Under the pieces are notes generated by a model. The model was not told the DNA's origin. It did no database searches and was given only the letters and a program-made list of their open reading frames with translations. From Candidatus Microgenomates bacterium (GTDB taxonomy: Bacteria > Patescibacteriota > Microgenomatia > UBA1406 > GWC2-37-13), in assembly GCA_025451885.1 (NCBI GenBank), contig JANWJL010000034.1:13149-77148 (forward strand): a stretch of 64,000 nucleotides of DNA, in the 5' to 3' direction. How positions within the stretch are numbered: the stretch's first letter is position 1; each line of letters begins with the position of its first letter. This document shows positions 8,942 to 21,853 of the stretch, one piece after another. The translations under genes were made by a program, and so were the position numbers.

Positions 8942-9009
8942 AAGCATTCCGTCACCAAGACCTTGGGTTTCCTAGTAGGAATAAAACAAGTTTCCCAAGC
9001 AGTGAAGCT

Positions 9010-9549
9010 ATGCCAAGTCAGAAGAAAAAAACATACGTAGAAGATCTCTCAACCTTTCTAACAGAAGCCAAGCACTTCGTATTGGTCAGATTTGACAACA
9101 CCACTCATACCACTCTTGAAAAACTGCGGAAAGAACTCAAGAAAGAAGACGCAGTTTTTAAGGTTGTAAAAAATACGCTCTTTACAAAGACCATCGAGCG
9201 CGTCGCAAAGAAAGAAAAAAGCTTTAAAAAGCTGCAGGATAGTGTACTCCCTCTTAAGGAAAACTCTGCTGTCTTAGTACTCGGAGAAAACTATCATAAA
9301 GGACTTTCTGCGTTCTTTAAGTTTGCAAAAGCTGAAAAAACATTAACCTTTAAGTTTGGTCTTTTGGAAAAGGAGCTACAACCTGAGGACGTACTCAATA
9401 AGATCGCACAGCTTCCAAGTAAAGAAGATCTTATCGCCAAGATTTTAGGTTCGATGAATGCGCCGACCTCCAGACTTGTATATTCAATGAAATTTGGTGT
9501 TAGCAAATTAGTTTACGTATTAAACCAAAGAGCAAAACAATCAAGTTAA
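9010..9549 (+). CDS. rplJ: 50S ribosomal protein L10
   Basis: 'VLVRFDNTTHTTLEKLRKELKKEDAVFKVVKNTLF' is the L10 pattern, and rplL follows immediately. Confidence 0.85.
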   Translation: MPSQKKKTYVEDLSTFLTEAKHFVLVRFDNTTHTTLEKLRKELKKEDAVFKVVKNTLFTKTIERVAKKEKSFKKLQDSVLPLKENSAVLVLGENYHKGLSAFFKFAKAEKTLTFKFGLLEKELQPEDVLNKIAQLPSKEDLIAKILGSMNAPTSRLVYSMKFGVSKLVYVLNQRAKQSS

Positions 9550-9559
9550 GGAGGTGATC
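9548..9559 (+). promoter_or_regulatory. strong Shine-Dalgarno site AAGGAGGTGATC for rplL
   Basis: Read directly, ending 4 nt before ATG 9564. It shows a canonical anti-SD is in use in this genome. Confidence 0.7.
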
Positions 9560-9563
9560 TAGT

Positions 9564-9959
9564 ATGGCGGATGATAAAAAACTTTCAGATAAAGTAGAAA
9601 AAATAGCAAAAGAGATCGAAGGACTTTCTGTTTTAGAAGTAGCTGATCTCTCATCTCACCTTGAAGAGAAGTTCGGAGTATCTGCGATGCCGGTAGCCGC
9701 AGCAGGTGCAGCACCAGCCGCAGCAGGAGAACCAGCAGAAGAAAAAACTTCCTTTACCGTAGTTCTTTCATCTTCAGGAGACAACAAGCTCGGAGTAATT
9801 AAAGCTATCCGGGAAATCGATCCTAATTTAGGTCTTATGGAGGCAAAAAAGGTAGCAGAATCTGCTCCTCAGGACATTCTTAAAGATGTAAAGAAAGAGC
9901 AGGCTGACGAAGCTAAGAAAAAGCTTGAAGCAGCAGGCGCTAAGGTAGAATTGAAATAA
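9564..9959 (+). CDS. rplL: 50S ribosomal protein L7/L12
   Basis: N-terminal dimerisation helix, Ala/Pro/Glu hinge 'AAAGAAPAAAGEPAEE', and C-terminal domain 'KLGVIKAIREI...GLMEAKKVAE...EAKKKLEAAGAKVELK'. Confidence 0.9.
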   Translation: MADDKKLSDKVEKIAKEIEGLSVLEVADLSSHLEEKFGVSAMPVAAAGAAPAAAGEPAEEKTSFTVVLSSSGDNKLGVIKAIREIDPNLGLMEAKKVAESAPQDILKDVKKEQADEAKKKLEAAGAKVELK

Positions 9960-11915
<1,956 letters not shown>

Positions 11916-11920
11916 CTATT

Positions 11921-12433
11921 ATGAGTAAACTTACAGCCGGCAAAGACCCATCAAAAGGTGAGATAAATGTATTTGTCGAGATTCCGGAAGGGACCTTTGT
12001 CAAATATGAGCTTGATAAGGAAACCAATCTTGTCACCGTGGACCGATTTTCTTTTACTACCATGGCGTTCCCGGCAAACTATGGTTTTGTGCCGGAAACA
12101 ATGGGGGAAGATGGAGATCCTCTTGATGCATTGGTGATAGCAACTTACTCACTGCATCCGGGAGTAGTAATTCCTTCAAGAGTGATCGGGATGCTCGAAA
12201 TGGAAGATGAGGCAGGTGTAGATACCAAAATAATTGCGGTGCCTACAAAAAAAGTTGATCCGTTTTATGCACATATTGAAGATGTCAAAGATCTAGATGA
12301 GATTGTAAAGCAGAGAATACAGCATTATTTCAATCACTATAAGGAACTTGAACCCGGTAAATGGGTCAAAACAAAAAGCTTTCTTTCCAAACAAAACGCG
12401 CTCGACGCGATAAAGAAAGCCTTAAAGAAGTAG
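11921..12433 (+). CDS. ppa: inorganic pyrophosphatase, family I
   Basis: 'VFVEIPEG..VKYE', 'YGFVPETMGEDGDPLDALV', 'DEAGVDTKIIAVP' acidic active-site pattern; typical length of 170 aa. Confidence 0.9.
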   Translation: MSKLTAGKDPSKGEINVFVEIPEGTFVKYELDKETNLVTVDRFSFTTMAFPANYGFVPETMGEDGDPLDALVIATYSLHPGVVIPSRVIGMLEMEDEAGVDTKIIAVPTKKVDPFYAHIEDVKDLDEIVKQRIQHYFNHYKELEPGKWVKTKSFLSKQNALDAIKKALKK

Positions 12434-12458
12434 CTTCCTTACCAAAACTTAGGCAACT

Positions 12459-14942
12459 ATGGCAGCTGATGAAAAACCAGTAAAACAAAATATCCAAAAC
12501 ACGGAGATCGTAACAGAGATGAAGCGGGCGTACCTGGATTACGCAATGTCTGTCATCGTCTCACGCGCTCTTCCGGACGTTCGTGACGGTTTAAAACCTG
12601 TACACCGAAGAATACTGTACGCGATGCACAAGCTTGGTCTTTCCTCCAGTGCCAAATTCTCAAAATCAGCAACTGTGGTAGGTGAAGTTCTTGGAAAATA
12701 TCATCCCCATGGTGACGCTCCGGTATACGAAGCTGTCGCACGTATGGCGCAGGAGTTTTCAATGAGGTATCCCTTAGTAAAAGGACAGGGTAATTTCGGA
12801 TCAATCGATGGTGATCCCCCGGCTGCTATGCGTTACACCGAGGTAAAACTGGCAAAAATTGCTGAAGAGATGCTTGTGGATATTGAAAAGGAAACTGTGG
12901 ATTGGATGGATAACTTTGATGGAAGATTGCAGGAACCTGTGTATCTTCCTGCCAAGTTGCCGAATCTTCTTTTGATGGGCGCGGAAGGAATTGCAGTCGG
13001 AATGGCAACGAAAATTCCTCCTCATAATCTTAAGGAGATTATCGATGCAATATGTTTCATCATCGATAAAGCCAAGAAACAAAAAGACGGAACGCTTGCA
13101 TACGAGGTAACGGTAGATGAACTTCTTGAGTTTGTAAAAGGACCTGACTTTCCCACAGAAGGTGTAATTTACGGGGCTAAAGAAATTAAAGAGGTCTACG
13201 AGACGGGAAAAGGAAAAATATTGATACGAGGGGTAGTAGAGCAGGAGGATCTGGGCAAGGGCAAAGATGCTATTATAGTTACCGAGCTTCCATATCAAGT
13301 TAACAAGGCTAATTTGGTTGAAAAAATTGCCTATCTCGCCACGGAGAAGAAAGTGGTGGGAATATCGGATCTGAGAGATGAGTCGGACAGAGACGGTATA
13401 AGAATAGTCATTGAATTAAAAAGAGACGCTTCCTACAAAAAGGTTCTTAATAATCTTTTCAAGCATACCGAACTGCAGACATCATTCCCGGTGAATGTCG
13501 TGGCTCTTTTGGATGGAGTACCACAGACACTATCGCTTCCCACTATTTTGAAAGAGTATCTGAGGCACCGAGTCGGCATTGTAACCAAAAGAAGTCAGTA
13601 CGAACTGGCCCAGGCTAAGGCGCGGGCACACATCCTTGAAGGATTCCTCATCGCCCTTGACCATATCGATGATGTGGTAGAAACCATCAAAAAATCCAAG
13701 GATGAACCTGATGCACGGGTGAAATTAGTGAAAAAATTTAAGCTCTCAGAGATTCAGGCGCAGGCAATCCTTGACATGCAGCTTAAAAGACTTACCGGCC
13801 TTGAAAGAAGCAAGATTGAGGAGGAACTTAAAGGACTAAAAAAAATCATCGCTTATCTTGAAGGGTTGCTGAAAGATGTTATGAAAATTCTCAAGGTTAT
13901 AAAAGACGAACTGCTTGAAATAAAACAGAAATACGGAGACGAAAGACTCACGAAGGTAATAAAATCCAGACCCGGGGAGATCACTGACGAAGAGCTTATA
14001 GAAAACAAAGAGGTCATCGTAGTGATGACTAAAGAAGGCTATATTAAGCAGGTACCCAAAGAAACTTTCCGGGTACAACATAGGGGCGGGAAAGGGGTTT
14101 CAGGTATCGAGACCAAAGATACCGATAATGTCACTTATATAAAGTCTGCGATGGCCCATGACTATATGTTGTTTTTTACCAACCAGGGGCGTATTTTCCA
14201 AGAGAGAGTCTGGGAAGTACCCCTGGGAACACGCACCTCCAAAGGCAAGGCTATCGTAAACCTTCTCACGCTACGACCGGACGAGAGCGTGACCTCTATT
14301 TTGACATTCGGAGGCGGGGAAATGTCGGAAAAGGAACTATATATTCTTATGGCTACCAAAAAAGGCGTGGTAAAAAAGACGGAATTTACCCAGTTTGCCC
14401 ATATCAGAAGCAATGGCATCGTGGCTATAAAACTTGATAAGGATGATGAGCTTCTATGGGTCAAGCTAACCAATGGGAAAAAGAACGTGATGCTTACCAC
14501 TAAAGACGGGAAGTCGATCGTTTTCAAGGAGGGCGAAATCCGATCTACCGGAAGAGCTTCTATGGGGGTACGGGGGATCAGTCTTGAAAAGGAGAATGTG
14601 GTAACGTCGGCAGATGTATTTGCTGACGCCGAATTTACAAAAGATCTTCTGGTTATAGGAGAGAAAGGAATCGGCAAGAAGACGAAGTTATCCTTCTTCA
14701 GAGGACAACACAGAGGAGGAAAAGGCGTCAAGACAGCCTCGGTTGACGACAAGATGGGTAAAATTGCGTTTGCGGAGATCATAAATCCTGAGAAATCTAC
14801 GGTCATTATCACGACTAATAACGGCCAGGTGGTCAAAATTGAGGTAAAATCCATACCATCGCGGTCAAGATCGGCAAAAGGAGTCATTTTGATGCGCTTT
14901 TCCAAGGCCAATGACCAGATAGCCAGTGCAGCACTAGTCTAA
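12459..14942 (+). CDS. gyrA: DNA gyrase subunit A
   Basis: '[22 protein letters not shown]', 'HPHGD', catalytic Tyr context 'AAMRYTE', '[14 protein letters not shown]', and C-terminal beta-pinwheel repeats. Confidence 0.95.
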   Translation: MAADEKPVKQNIQNTEIVTEMKRAYLDYAMSVIVSRALPDVRDGLKPVHRRILYAMHKLGLSSSAKFSKSATVVGEVLGKYHPHGDAPVYEAVARMAQEFSMRYPLVKGQGNFGSIDGDPPAAMRYTEVKLAKIAEEMLVDIEKETVDWMDNFDGRLQEPVYLPAKLPNLLLMGAEGIAVGMATKIPPHNLKEIIDAICFIIDKAKKQKDGTLAYEVTVDELLEFVKGPDFPTEGVIYGAKEIKEVYETGKGKILIRGVVEQEDLGKGKDAIIVTELPYQVNKANLVEKIAYLATEKKVVGISDLRDESDRDGIRIVIELKRDASYKKVLNNLFKHTELQTSFPVNVVALLDGVPQTLSLPTILKEYLRHRVGIVTKRSQYELAQAKARAHILEGFLIALDHIDDVVETIKKSKDEPDARVKLVKKFKLSEIQAQAILDMQLKRLTGLERSKIEEELKGLKKIIAYLEGLLKDVMKILKVIKDELLEIKQKYGDERLTKVIKSRPGEITDEELIENKEVIVVMTKEGYIKQVPKETFRVQHRGGKGVSGIETKDTDNVTYIKSAMAHDYMLFFTNQGRIFQERVWEVPLGTRTSKGKAIVNLLTLRPDESVTSILTFGGGEMSEKELYILMATKKGVVKKTEFTQFAHIRSNGIVAIKLDKDDELLWVKLTNGKKNVMLTTKDGKSIVFKEGEIRSTGRASMGVRGISLEKENVVTSADVFADAEFTKDLLVIGEKGIGKKTKLSFFRGQHRGGKGVKTASVDDKMGKIAFAEIINPEKSTVIITTNNGQVVKIEVKSIPSRSRSAKGVILMRFSKANDQIASAALV

Positions 14943-14988
14943 TAGTGCACTCAGATAGAGGCTTCCTATTTATTTTGTTCAAATTTTA

Positions 14989-14997
14989 TGATATAAT
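14989..14997 (+). promoter_or_regulatory. extended -10 promoter element TGATATAAT upstream of folD (21-nt leader)
   Basis: Read directly: tttaTGATATAATtcggg. Confidence 0.45.
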
Positions 14998-15018
14998 TCG
15001 GGATCCATTCGACTTTTT

Positions 15019-15888
15019 ATGAAAGTTCCATGCATTGAGATTACCCGACTTCTTAAAAAAACATTAAAAGAAAGAACCACTAAGCTTAAAAAAAAGCACA
15101 TCACTCCCAAATTAGTAACCGTACTAGTCGGACAGTCCTCAGAGCAGCTTTCTTTCGTCAAAATCAAGCAAAAAGTTGCAAAAGAAATCGGAGTTTCGTT
15201 TGAATTTATTCATCTTAAAAAAGTCCCGACCTTCTTTGAGTTTATCGGTCTTTTGAAGGAAAAATCCGCTGAAAAAGAAACCACCGGTGTCATAGTGCAG
15301 CAACCGCTTCCTTCACATCTTCATACCAACACCGTCTACAACTTTATTCCGCCGGTAAAGGAGATAGAGAGACACAGAGAAAAATCACCTCATTTCCCAC
15401 CACTCGGACTTGCGGTTTTGACCGTTTTGAAATATGTCTTTCAAAAAAACAAGATCTCCAAAAATCTTTTTATTGAACGGGGAGATGCTGCTTTCTTTAA
15501 GCAGGCCTTTAAACACAAAAAGATAGTGCTGATAGGCCGAGGCCAAACAGGAGGACTGCCAATCGGAAAAACATTAAGCGAGTTTAAGATAAACTTTATC
15601 AATGTCAATTCACAGACCCACAATCCTGAGCAGTACTTTAAAGAAGCAGACGTAGTCATCACGGCAACAGGCAAAAAGGTTATAAACTCAAGTATGTTGA
15701 AACCGGGCGTAGTGTTGGTAAATGTCGGTCTTAGAAGAGAAGGCAGCAAGCTTAGAGGAGATTATGATGAAAAAGAGATAAAAAAAGTATCTGCGCACTA
15801 CACTGAAACGCCTGGCGGAACAGGACCGATCGACGTAATATATCTTTACAAGAATCTGCTTGATGCTGCCGAAATGCAAAGAAGGTAA
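15019..15888 (+). CDS. folD: bifunctional methylenetetrahydrofolate dehydrogenase / methenyl-THF cyclohydrolase
   Basis: 'PKLVTVLVGQSSEQLSFVKIKQK', 'GVIVQQPLP', 'GRGQTGGLPIG', 'TPGGTGPID' follow the FolD pattern. Confidence 0.85.
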   Translation: MKVPCIEITRLLKKTLKERTTKLKKKHITPKLVTVLVGQSSEQLSFVKIKQKVAKEIGVSFEFIHLKKVPTFFEFIGLLKEKSAEKETTGVIVQQPLPSHLHTNTVYNFIPPVKEIERHREKSPHFPPLGLAVLTVLKYVFQKNKISKNLFIERGDAAFFKQAFKHKKIVLIGRGQTGGLPIGKTLSEFKINFINVNSQTHNPEQYFKEADVVITATGKKVINSSMLKPGVVLVNVGLRREGSKLRGDYDEKEIKKVSAHYTETPGGTGPIDVIYLYKNLLDAAEMQRR

Positions 15889-16745
15889 TGAAGAAAAGGC
15901 TTATTGTCATAACAGGCCAAACTGCGACCGGAAAAACTTCGTTAGCCGTGAAATTAGCTAAAAAAGAAGGAGGAGAGCTTATAAACTGCGACTCCCGACA
16001 GGCTTATAAGTATCTTGATGTCGTTACCGGTAAGGATAAACAAATCATGAAAAAAGTTCCTATATGGTTATACGATATTATTGATCCGCAAAAGTATTTT
16101 TCTTCATTCCAATATGCCGAACATGCTCAACAAACAATAGATGATGTTTTAACAAGAGAAAAAACTCCGATAATAGTAGGCGGTACATATTTTTATCTCA
16201 AGCATTTACTCTACGGAATCGACAGATATGGCGAGCCTGATTGGACCTTGCGGAAAAAGTTGGATAAGACATCTGTTGCAAAAATGCAGGATATGTTGAA
16301 TGCAGTTGCCCCAAAGATCCTTAAGTCTATGAATGAAAGCGATCGTGCAAACCCCAGACGATTGATGCGGCGCATAGAGCTCGCTAGGGTAAAAAAAGAA
16401 ACTAAAGCTTCACTACAACCACTTAGTAAGTTGTTCACAATCGAAATGATTGGGCTGCGATTCAAATCGGAAAAGAATTTAAAAAAACAAATAACTAAAA
16501 GAGTCTATCAAAGAATTAAGGGTGGAGCAGTGAAAGAGGTAGAAAAATTACTTAAGAAAGGATACTCCGAAAAAGATCCTGGTCTCAAGACTATCGGAGC
16601 AAAACAGATTATTGACTTTATTAAGGGCAGGATCAACGAGAAAAAAATGATAGAGGAATGGATCGTCAAGGAAATCCAATATGCAAAGCGTCAATATGAC
16701 TTTATGAAAAAAGACAAGAATATCAAATGGAGATTTGTTGATTAA
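15888..16745 (+). CDS. miaA: tRNA dimethylallyltransferase
   Basis: P-loop 'ITGQTATGKTSLAV', 'DSRQAYKYLDVVTGK', 'IIVGGTYFYLKHLL'. The start overlaps the folD stop by 1 nt. Confidence 0.85.
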   Translation: MKKRLIVITGQTATGKTSLAVKLAKKEGGELINCDSRQAYKYLDVVTGKDKQIMKKVPIWLYDIIDPQKYFSSFQYAEHAQQTIDDVLTREKTPIIVGGTYFYLKHLLYGIDRYGEPDWTLRKKLDKTSVAKMQDMLNAVAPKILKSMNESDRANPRRLMRRIELARVKKETKASLQPLSKLFTIEMIGLRFKSEKNLKKQITKRVYQRIKGGAVKEVEKLLKKGYSEKDPGLKTIGAKQIIDFIKGRINEKKMIEEWIVKEIQYAKRQYDFMKKDKNIKWRFVD

Positions 16746-17425
16746 CCTGCGTAGTCTTTTTTTGTGTCTTCCTTTTGTTTTGAATATGCGAAAGCTTCTT
16801 CCGTAAGTTTCTTCAGGTTTGTCGGAATTGGATTTTTCTTAAGAAGTTTTGCCATAAACAACGTGTTGTGAACCATGTAGCGTGTGGTTTTATTTGTGTA
16901 GGGATGTGTGTCTCCACCTGCTTCTATATATGAGGGTCCGGGCCCCGCGTCTCCCACCCAGTACGTATCCACGTTGGGGGGGACAGTGCAGCCAAGGTGG
17001 GTTAAATTAAAAAGTGTGTTTGAAGCTACATCGTGAGCACCATCCTCATTTCCGGTTACGATGACCCCTGCTACTTTGCCGTACAAGGGAAACTGCCCGG
17101 TTTTCTTATCTCCCTCTTCATATGTTCCGTCCAACCTTTCAATAACCAGTTGAGCAACCGAAGAACGTACTCCAAACCAGATCGGAGCAGCAATGATCAA
17201 AATGTCACATGCTTTGATTTTTTTGAGTATTTTTGGCCATTCATCGCCCTTACCTTCATCGGAATAAATCCCAAGCCGTACGTTGTAATCATTTACCCGT
17301 AAGATTTCGCAGGTCGCACCCAGTTCTTCATACAATTTAACCGCTTTTTTTGCGAGCGCCTCGGTATTAGAAACCTCAGGTGCATATTTGAGAGTGCAGT
17401 TTAAGATTAAAACCTTTATTTTCAT
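16742..17425 (-). CDS. flavodoxin-like fold NAD(P)H-dependent FMN reductase family protein
   Basis: 'KVLILNCTLK' N-terminal strand, 'ILIIAAPIWFGVRSS', 'GVIVTGNEDG' are characteristic of FMN_red/flavodoxin_2-type proteins. Confidence 0.6.
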   Translation of the reverse strand: MKIKVLILNCTLKYAPEVSNTEALAKKAVKLYEELGATCEILRVNDYNVRLGIYSDEGKGDEWPKILKKIKACDILIIAAPIWFGVRSSVAQLVIERLDGTYEEGDKKTGQFPLYGKVAGVIVTGNEDGAHDVASNTLFNLTHLGCTVPPNVDTYWVGDAGPGPSYIEAGGDTHPYTNKTTRYMVHNTLFMAKLLKKNPIPTNLKKLTEEAFAYSKQKEDTKKDYAG

Positions 17426-17458
17426 AGAGCTATATTGTAAGAGATACCGAAAAATCAG

Positions 17459-19177
17459 TCAATCTCTTTTAAAAAGCTTTAGAAAAGCTTCTTTTGGTAT
17501 CTCCACCCGTCCTACCATCTTCATCTTCTTTTTTCCTGCTTTTTGTTTTTTCAATAGTTTGTCTTTTCTGGTTCTGTCCCCCCCATAGAGTTTTTGCGTG
17601 ACATCCTTCCTAAAAGGAGAGAGTCTTTCGGAGGCGATAATCTTACCTTTATAGTGAGCCTGAATCTTAACCTCATATTGTTGTCGCGGGATAAGTTCCT
17701 TCAGTCTTTTGACCAGATTTCCGGCGCTTTGCTGTGCTCGTTGCATCACTACAACATCCGAAAATTCTTCAATCGGCTCGCCGTTCAGTAGGATCGTCAT
17801 TTTGTCAGCAGAAACTGACCTGTACTCAAGAAATTCCCAGTCAAGCGATGCATATCCTGAACTTATACTTTTTAATCTGTCAAAAAAATTAGAAATCATT
17901 TCGGACAGAGGCATCTCGTACGTAAGGGTGATTTGATTTTTATTGTCCATAGTAATAAAAATGCCCCTGTGTTCTTCACAGAGTCTCATAACATCCGGCA
18001 TGTACTCCGGCGGGGTAACAACGAGAAGTTTTACATACGGCTCCAGTATTATTCCGGGTTTCCCTGAGTCTTTATACTCAACCTGAGGTGGGGTTAGTAC
18101 CAGATGTAGTCCGTACTCACGCTCCAATCGTTCTCTGACAACATCGGCGTGAAGCAAACCTAGGAATCCGACTCTAAAACCTGCACCCAGCGCCCTACTG
18201 TAGATTCCGCTGAATTCCAATGAGGAATCATTTAAGTATAGTTTCTCAAGAGCCTTTTTTAGATTGAGGTAATCCTGCGTGTCGGTCGTAAATATAGAAG
18301 CGTATACCATAGATTGAGCCTTTTTATACCCGGAAAGGGGGTGCTCGGTGCTCTTTTTAGACTGAATAGTATCTCCAACCCGTACTTTGTGTATGTCCTT
18401 AAGATTCGTCGCCACGTATCCTATTTCTCCTGTCGAAAGGGTAGATAAGCTTTTTAGGTCCGGCGTAAATATTCCGACATCAAGCGCCTGAAAGGAAACC
18501 TTTTGCTGGGCCAGTTCAAGATCTGCTCCTTTTTTTATCTCACCCTTCATTACCCTTACAAATGCAATTACGCCGCGGTGAGAATCATAGTAAGAGTCGA
18601 ATATCAGCGCCTTAACTATATTTTTCTCGTCTTTTGATATAGTGGGAGCCGGGATTTTTTTTAATACAAAATCCAAAAGCTCCTCAACGTTTTTTCCGGA
18701 TTTAGCTGAGACCTCTTTTATATCTTCCTTTTTTACTCCCAAGAAATCCACCATCTGCTGTTTTGTACTTTCTATGTTAGCGTGCGCCAGATCGATCTTA
18801 TTAACCACAGGTATTATCGAAAGATTTTTCTCAAGCGCTTTATATGCATTAGAGATTGTTTGCGCCTGTATACCTTTTGTAGCATCAACCAGCAAAATGA
18901 CTCCTTCAACGCATGAGAGAGTCCTGTCTACCTCGTAAGAAAAATCCACATGCCCCGGTGTATCAATCAAGTTTAAAATATGCTCTTTATAACCAAACTG
19001 CACCGGCGCAAGTTTAATAGTGATCCCACGTTCCCGTGAGATTGGATTTCTATCCAGAAGCTGCTCTTCATGTTTCCCGGGCTGTACGACCTTTGCAAGT
19101 TCCAGAAACCTGTCGGCAAGCGTTGACTTCCCATGGTCAATATGGGCTATTATCGCAAAATTGCGTATGTTGGACAT
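17459..19177 (-). CDS. lepA: elongation factor 4
   Basis: 'IRNFAIIAHIDHGKSTLADR', 'DTPGHVDF', 'NKIDL', and the LepA-specific C-terminal domain ending in a basic tail. Confidence 0.95.
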   Translation of the reverse strand: MSNIRNFAIIAHIDHGKSTLADRFLELAKVVQPGKHEEQLLDRNPISRERGITIKLAPVQFGYKEHILNLIDTPGHVDFSYEVDRTLSCVEGVILLVDATKGIQAQTISNAYKALEKNLSIIPVVNKIDLAHANIESTKQQMVDFLGVKKEDIKEVSAKSGKNVEELLDFVLKKIPAPTISKDEKNIVKALIFDSYYDSHRGVIAFVRVMKGEIKKGADLELAQQKVSFQALDVGIFTPDLKSLSTLSTGEIGYVATNLKDIHKVRVGDTIQSKKSTEHPLSGYKKAQSMVYASIFTTDTQDYLNLKKALEKLYLNDSSLEFSGIYSRALGAGFRVGFLGLLHADVVRERLEREYGLHLVLTPPQVEYKDSGKPGIILEPYVKLLVVTPPEYMPDVMRLCEEHRGIFITMDNKNQITLTYEMPLSEMISNFFDRLKSISSGYASLDWEFLEYRSVSADKMTILLNGEPIEEFSDVVVMQRAQQSAGNLVKRLKELIPRQQYEVKIQAHYKGKIIASERLSPFRKDVTQKLYGGDRTRKDKLLKKQKAGKKKMKMVGRVEIPKEAFLKLFKRD

Positions 19178-19214
19178 AGAGAATTATATCAAAGGAACAG
19201 CGTCCTTTATGAAA

Positions 19215-20480
19215 TCACTCTATTCGTAGGTAGGGAATCGTTATGATCATCTGGCCGCCTTTTTCGCGGTATTTGGTCTGTTTTCTTAAAATCTCGTCTG
19301 CAAAATTCCAAGCAAGTATCAGAGTATAGTCCGGCATCTCTTTAGTCAGCTTTCTTTCGGGAAAAATCGGGATATGTGTCCCGGGGGTAAAGCGTCCCTG
19401 TTTGTAGGGGATAGAGTCAACGACATAATCAAGAAGCTTAGGTGTAATTCCACAATAATTCAAAAAAACATTTCCTTTTGCTGCAGCTCCGTATCCGACA
19501 ATCTGTTTTCCCTGCTTCCGAAGTCTTTTTAGATAGTCCAGAGTATCACGTCTTATCATCTTAACCCTTCTTGCAAATTCATCATATGCCTCTCTTTTGT
19601 TAAGTTTTTTTAGAAGCTCTATTTTTACGAATTCCTTGACCGATGATCTCACTCTGTGCTTTGATCCCTTCTTGGAGGCAAAAACCATGATTGAACCTCC
19701 GTGAACCGGTGTGCGTCTTACATCGAAAACCTGCATCCTATTTTTTTTGAAAAGTTCCAATAAGGGGCGAATCGCAAAATAAGAAAGGTGCTCATGATAG
19801 ATCGTATCAAACTCATTTTTATCTATCAGATCGACTAGATAAGGATACTCCATGACAAAAATTCCGTCTTGTTTCAACAGCGTACGCACGCCCTTAACGA
19901 CATCGTGGAGATCGCTTACGTGCGCGATAACATTGGTACCGCTTATTATTTTTGCTTTTCCGTATTTCTTTACGGTTTTTTTGGCAAGCTTTGATGAAAA
20001 AAAATCATCTATCGTATCTATTCCTTTCATCCGTGCAACCTGAGCAAGATTTGATGCAGGATCAATGCCGAGCACCTTCATCTCCTGTTCCTGAAAGTAG
20101 CTTAAAAGTGTCCCGTCATTCGAACCTATATCTATTACGAGGTCTTTGGGTTTTAATTTAAACTCCTTTACCAAATCTAGCGCCATTGTCTTAAAGTGCT
20201 CCAGCATTGTACTTGAGGTAGAGGGAATATAAAGATAGTTTCTGAACATTATTTCAGCAGGTATAACGTGGGTCAGCTGTACAAGCCAGCAATTTTCGCA
20301 CACGAAACACGCCAAGGGAAAATAGTCTTCTTTTTTCTTTAACTCCTGCTTGGTCAGAAACCCGTTAGGAATCGGCATTGCACTGAGATCAAGAAAAAGA
20401 TAAAGTTGCTTGCTCTTGCAGATTCTACAGTGGGAGATTTTGTAGGAATCTGCTTCTGCTGCGAGTTTTCGAGGTCTCAT
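19215..20480 (-). CDS. NDP-sugar C-methyltransferase (TylCIII-type: Zn-ribbon + class I SAM MTase + C-terminal C-methyltransferase domain), paralogue 1
   Basis: N-terminal 'CRICKSKQ...CENCWLVQL', SAM motif '[10 protein letters not shown]', 'HEHLSYF', C-terminal '[11 protein letters not shown]...[10 protein letters not shown]'. Collinear with ORF 38168..39418. Confidence 0.7.
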   Translation of the reverse strand: MRPRKLAAEADSYKISHCRICKSKQLYLFLDLSAMPIPNGFLTKQELKKKEDYFPLACFVCENCWLVQLTHVIPAEIMFRNYLYIPSTSSTMLEHFKTMALDLVKEFKLKPKDLVIDIGSNDGTLLSYFQEQEMKVLGIDPASNLAQVARMKGIDTIDDFFSSKLAKKTVKKYGKAKIISGTNVIAHVSDLHDVVKGVRTLLKQDGIFVMEYPYLVDLIDKNEFDTIYHEHLSYFAIRPLLELFKKNRMQVFDVRRTPVHGGSIMVFASKKGSKHRVRSSVKEFVKIELLKKLNKREAYDEFARRVKMIRRDTLDYLKRLRKQGKQIVGYGAAAKGNVFLNYCGITPKLLDYVVDSIPYKQGRFTPGTHIPIFPERKLTKEMPDYTLILAWNFADEILRKQTKYREKGGQMIITIPYLRIE

Positions 20481-20545
20481 AACAATATAGTTGTAAGAAA
20501 TTATAGTTAATAAATCTAAATTATCAATACGCTGAACTGTCGTAG

Positions 20546-20551
20546 TATACT
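20546..20551 (+). promoter_or_regulatory. -10 box TATACT, 6 nt upstream of ATG 20558
   Basis: Read directly: cgtagTATACTgtatcgATG. Confidence 0.4.
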
Positions 20552-20557
20552 GTATCG

Positions 20558-21853
20558 ATGCGCTCTGCTTTCAAAAAGGTGTGGGACAATAATTTTTTAA
20601 AAGGAGGACTAATATTTACAGTTGCTTCTTTTATAGGAAGTGTAATTAATTATTTCTTCAACGTTCTTGCCGCACGTGGAGTTGGACCAAGTGATTTTGG
20701 CGACATTACAGCTTTGTTTTCCTACATGACCATCTTCTCCGTCCCTACCTTGGTTATGACCGTAGTAATAGTCCAAAAAATCGGTTCTAAGGGAGCCAAT
20801 TCAAAGAACTTTGTCATCGCCGTACAAAGATGGTTTGGAGAAGTCTTGAAGAAATCGTGGATCTACATGATACCGGTAATGATTTTTATACCATTTGTTT
20901 CCGGTTTTACCAACCTTTCTGTTGTTAGCGGCTATTCTTTTATACCGCTGGTTGTTTTATCCTTCATTGGAAGTTTTTATGGAGCGCTTCTTCAAGGATT
21001 AAGTCTTTTTACATGGTTTTCTATTATCGGAATCGTAACCGTTCTTGTGAAGTTGCTCGGCCCTATATTAGTACTGTTAAAGGTTGATGGCCTCACGACC
21101 ATAATCCTGTTTCTTTTTACATCCATGGCGGTTAATCTTTTTTTATCCGTAAAAATACTTTCCGGCAATCTGAAAAAAGGCAGTATCGCTCCTACCCACG
21201 TCATCAGAAAACGCATTAAGGACGCACTGATAAACAGACAGGTGATCGTAGCATTTTTATCACTACTGGCTTTGACTGCCTTTAATAATCTTGACGTTAT
21301 CTTTGCAAAAAAATATTTGCAGGACACAACAGCAGGGATTTACAGTACCTGGAGTTTATTCGCAAAAATTATTTTCTTTCTGATCGGTCCCATCACAACG
21401 GTCAGTTATGTTTTCTTTTCACAAAAAACAAGTGAAAAATCTCACGAAAGAGTCTTGATATATTCGCTTGTAACTCTTTTGGGAATCGGAGTTGCAAGTT
21501 TTATAGTTTACAAATACTTTGCGGGCGTCTTGATCTATTATTTCTTCGGCAAGGCTTTTGAGAGGGTAATTCCATACCTAGCAACAGCAAGCATCTTTGG
21601 CTTTTTATATTCTGTTATTGCGTTTTGTAATAATTACTTTCTGGCAAAAAACAGCTATTTATCACTTTTATTGGCATTATTTATCCCGCTTTACACTATT
21701 ATGTTATTTCTTATTCCTAAAAACATCGCTTCGTTCATCAACCTTAATCTCTCGTTCTCTTCATGTATTGGGGCTGTTTACATTATTGCTTCGGTCTGGA
21801 GTTTCTTTTATAATAGGCGACGATGGAACTCAAAGAATCAAATCACTTCCTAA
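20558..21853 (+). CDS. MOP-superfamily polysaccharide/oligosaccharide flippase (Wzx-like)
   Basis: 431 aa with ~12 TM helices. N-terminal pattern '[43 protein letters not shown]' is typical of polysaccharide biosynthesis/flippase proteins. Confidence 0.55.
   Translation: MRSAFKKVWDNNFLKGGLIFTVASFIGSVINYFFNVLAARGVGPSDFGDITALFSYMTIFSVPTLVMTVVIVQKIGSKGANSKNFVIAVQRWFGEVLKKSWIYMIPVMIFIPFVSGFTNLSVVSGYSFIPLVVLSFIGSFYGALLQGLSLFTWFSIIGIVTVLVKLLGPILVLLKVDGLTTIILFLFTSMAVNLFLSVKILSGNLKKGSIAPTHVIRKRIKDALINRQVIVAFLSLLALTAFNNLDVIFAKKYLQDTTAGIYSTWSLFAKIIFFLIGPITTVSYVFFSQKTSEKSHERVLIYSLVTLLGIGVASFIVYKYFAGVLIYYFFGKAFERVIPYLATASIFGFLYSVIAFCNNYFLAKNSYLSLLLALFIPLYTIMLFLIPKNIASFINLNLSFSSCIGAVYIIASVWSFFYNRRRWNSKNQITS

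Noticed and set aside
14162-14911. 249-aa ORF on the minus strand
   Set aside because: It is antisense to the gyrA C-terminal domain and its Ser/Pro/Phe-rich translation has no motif. The 12801..13298 and 6195..6674 antisense ORFs were rejected for the same reason.
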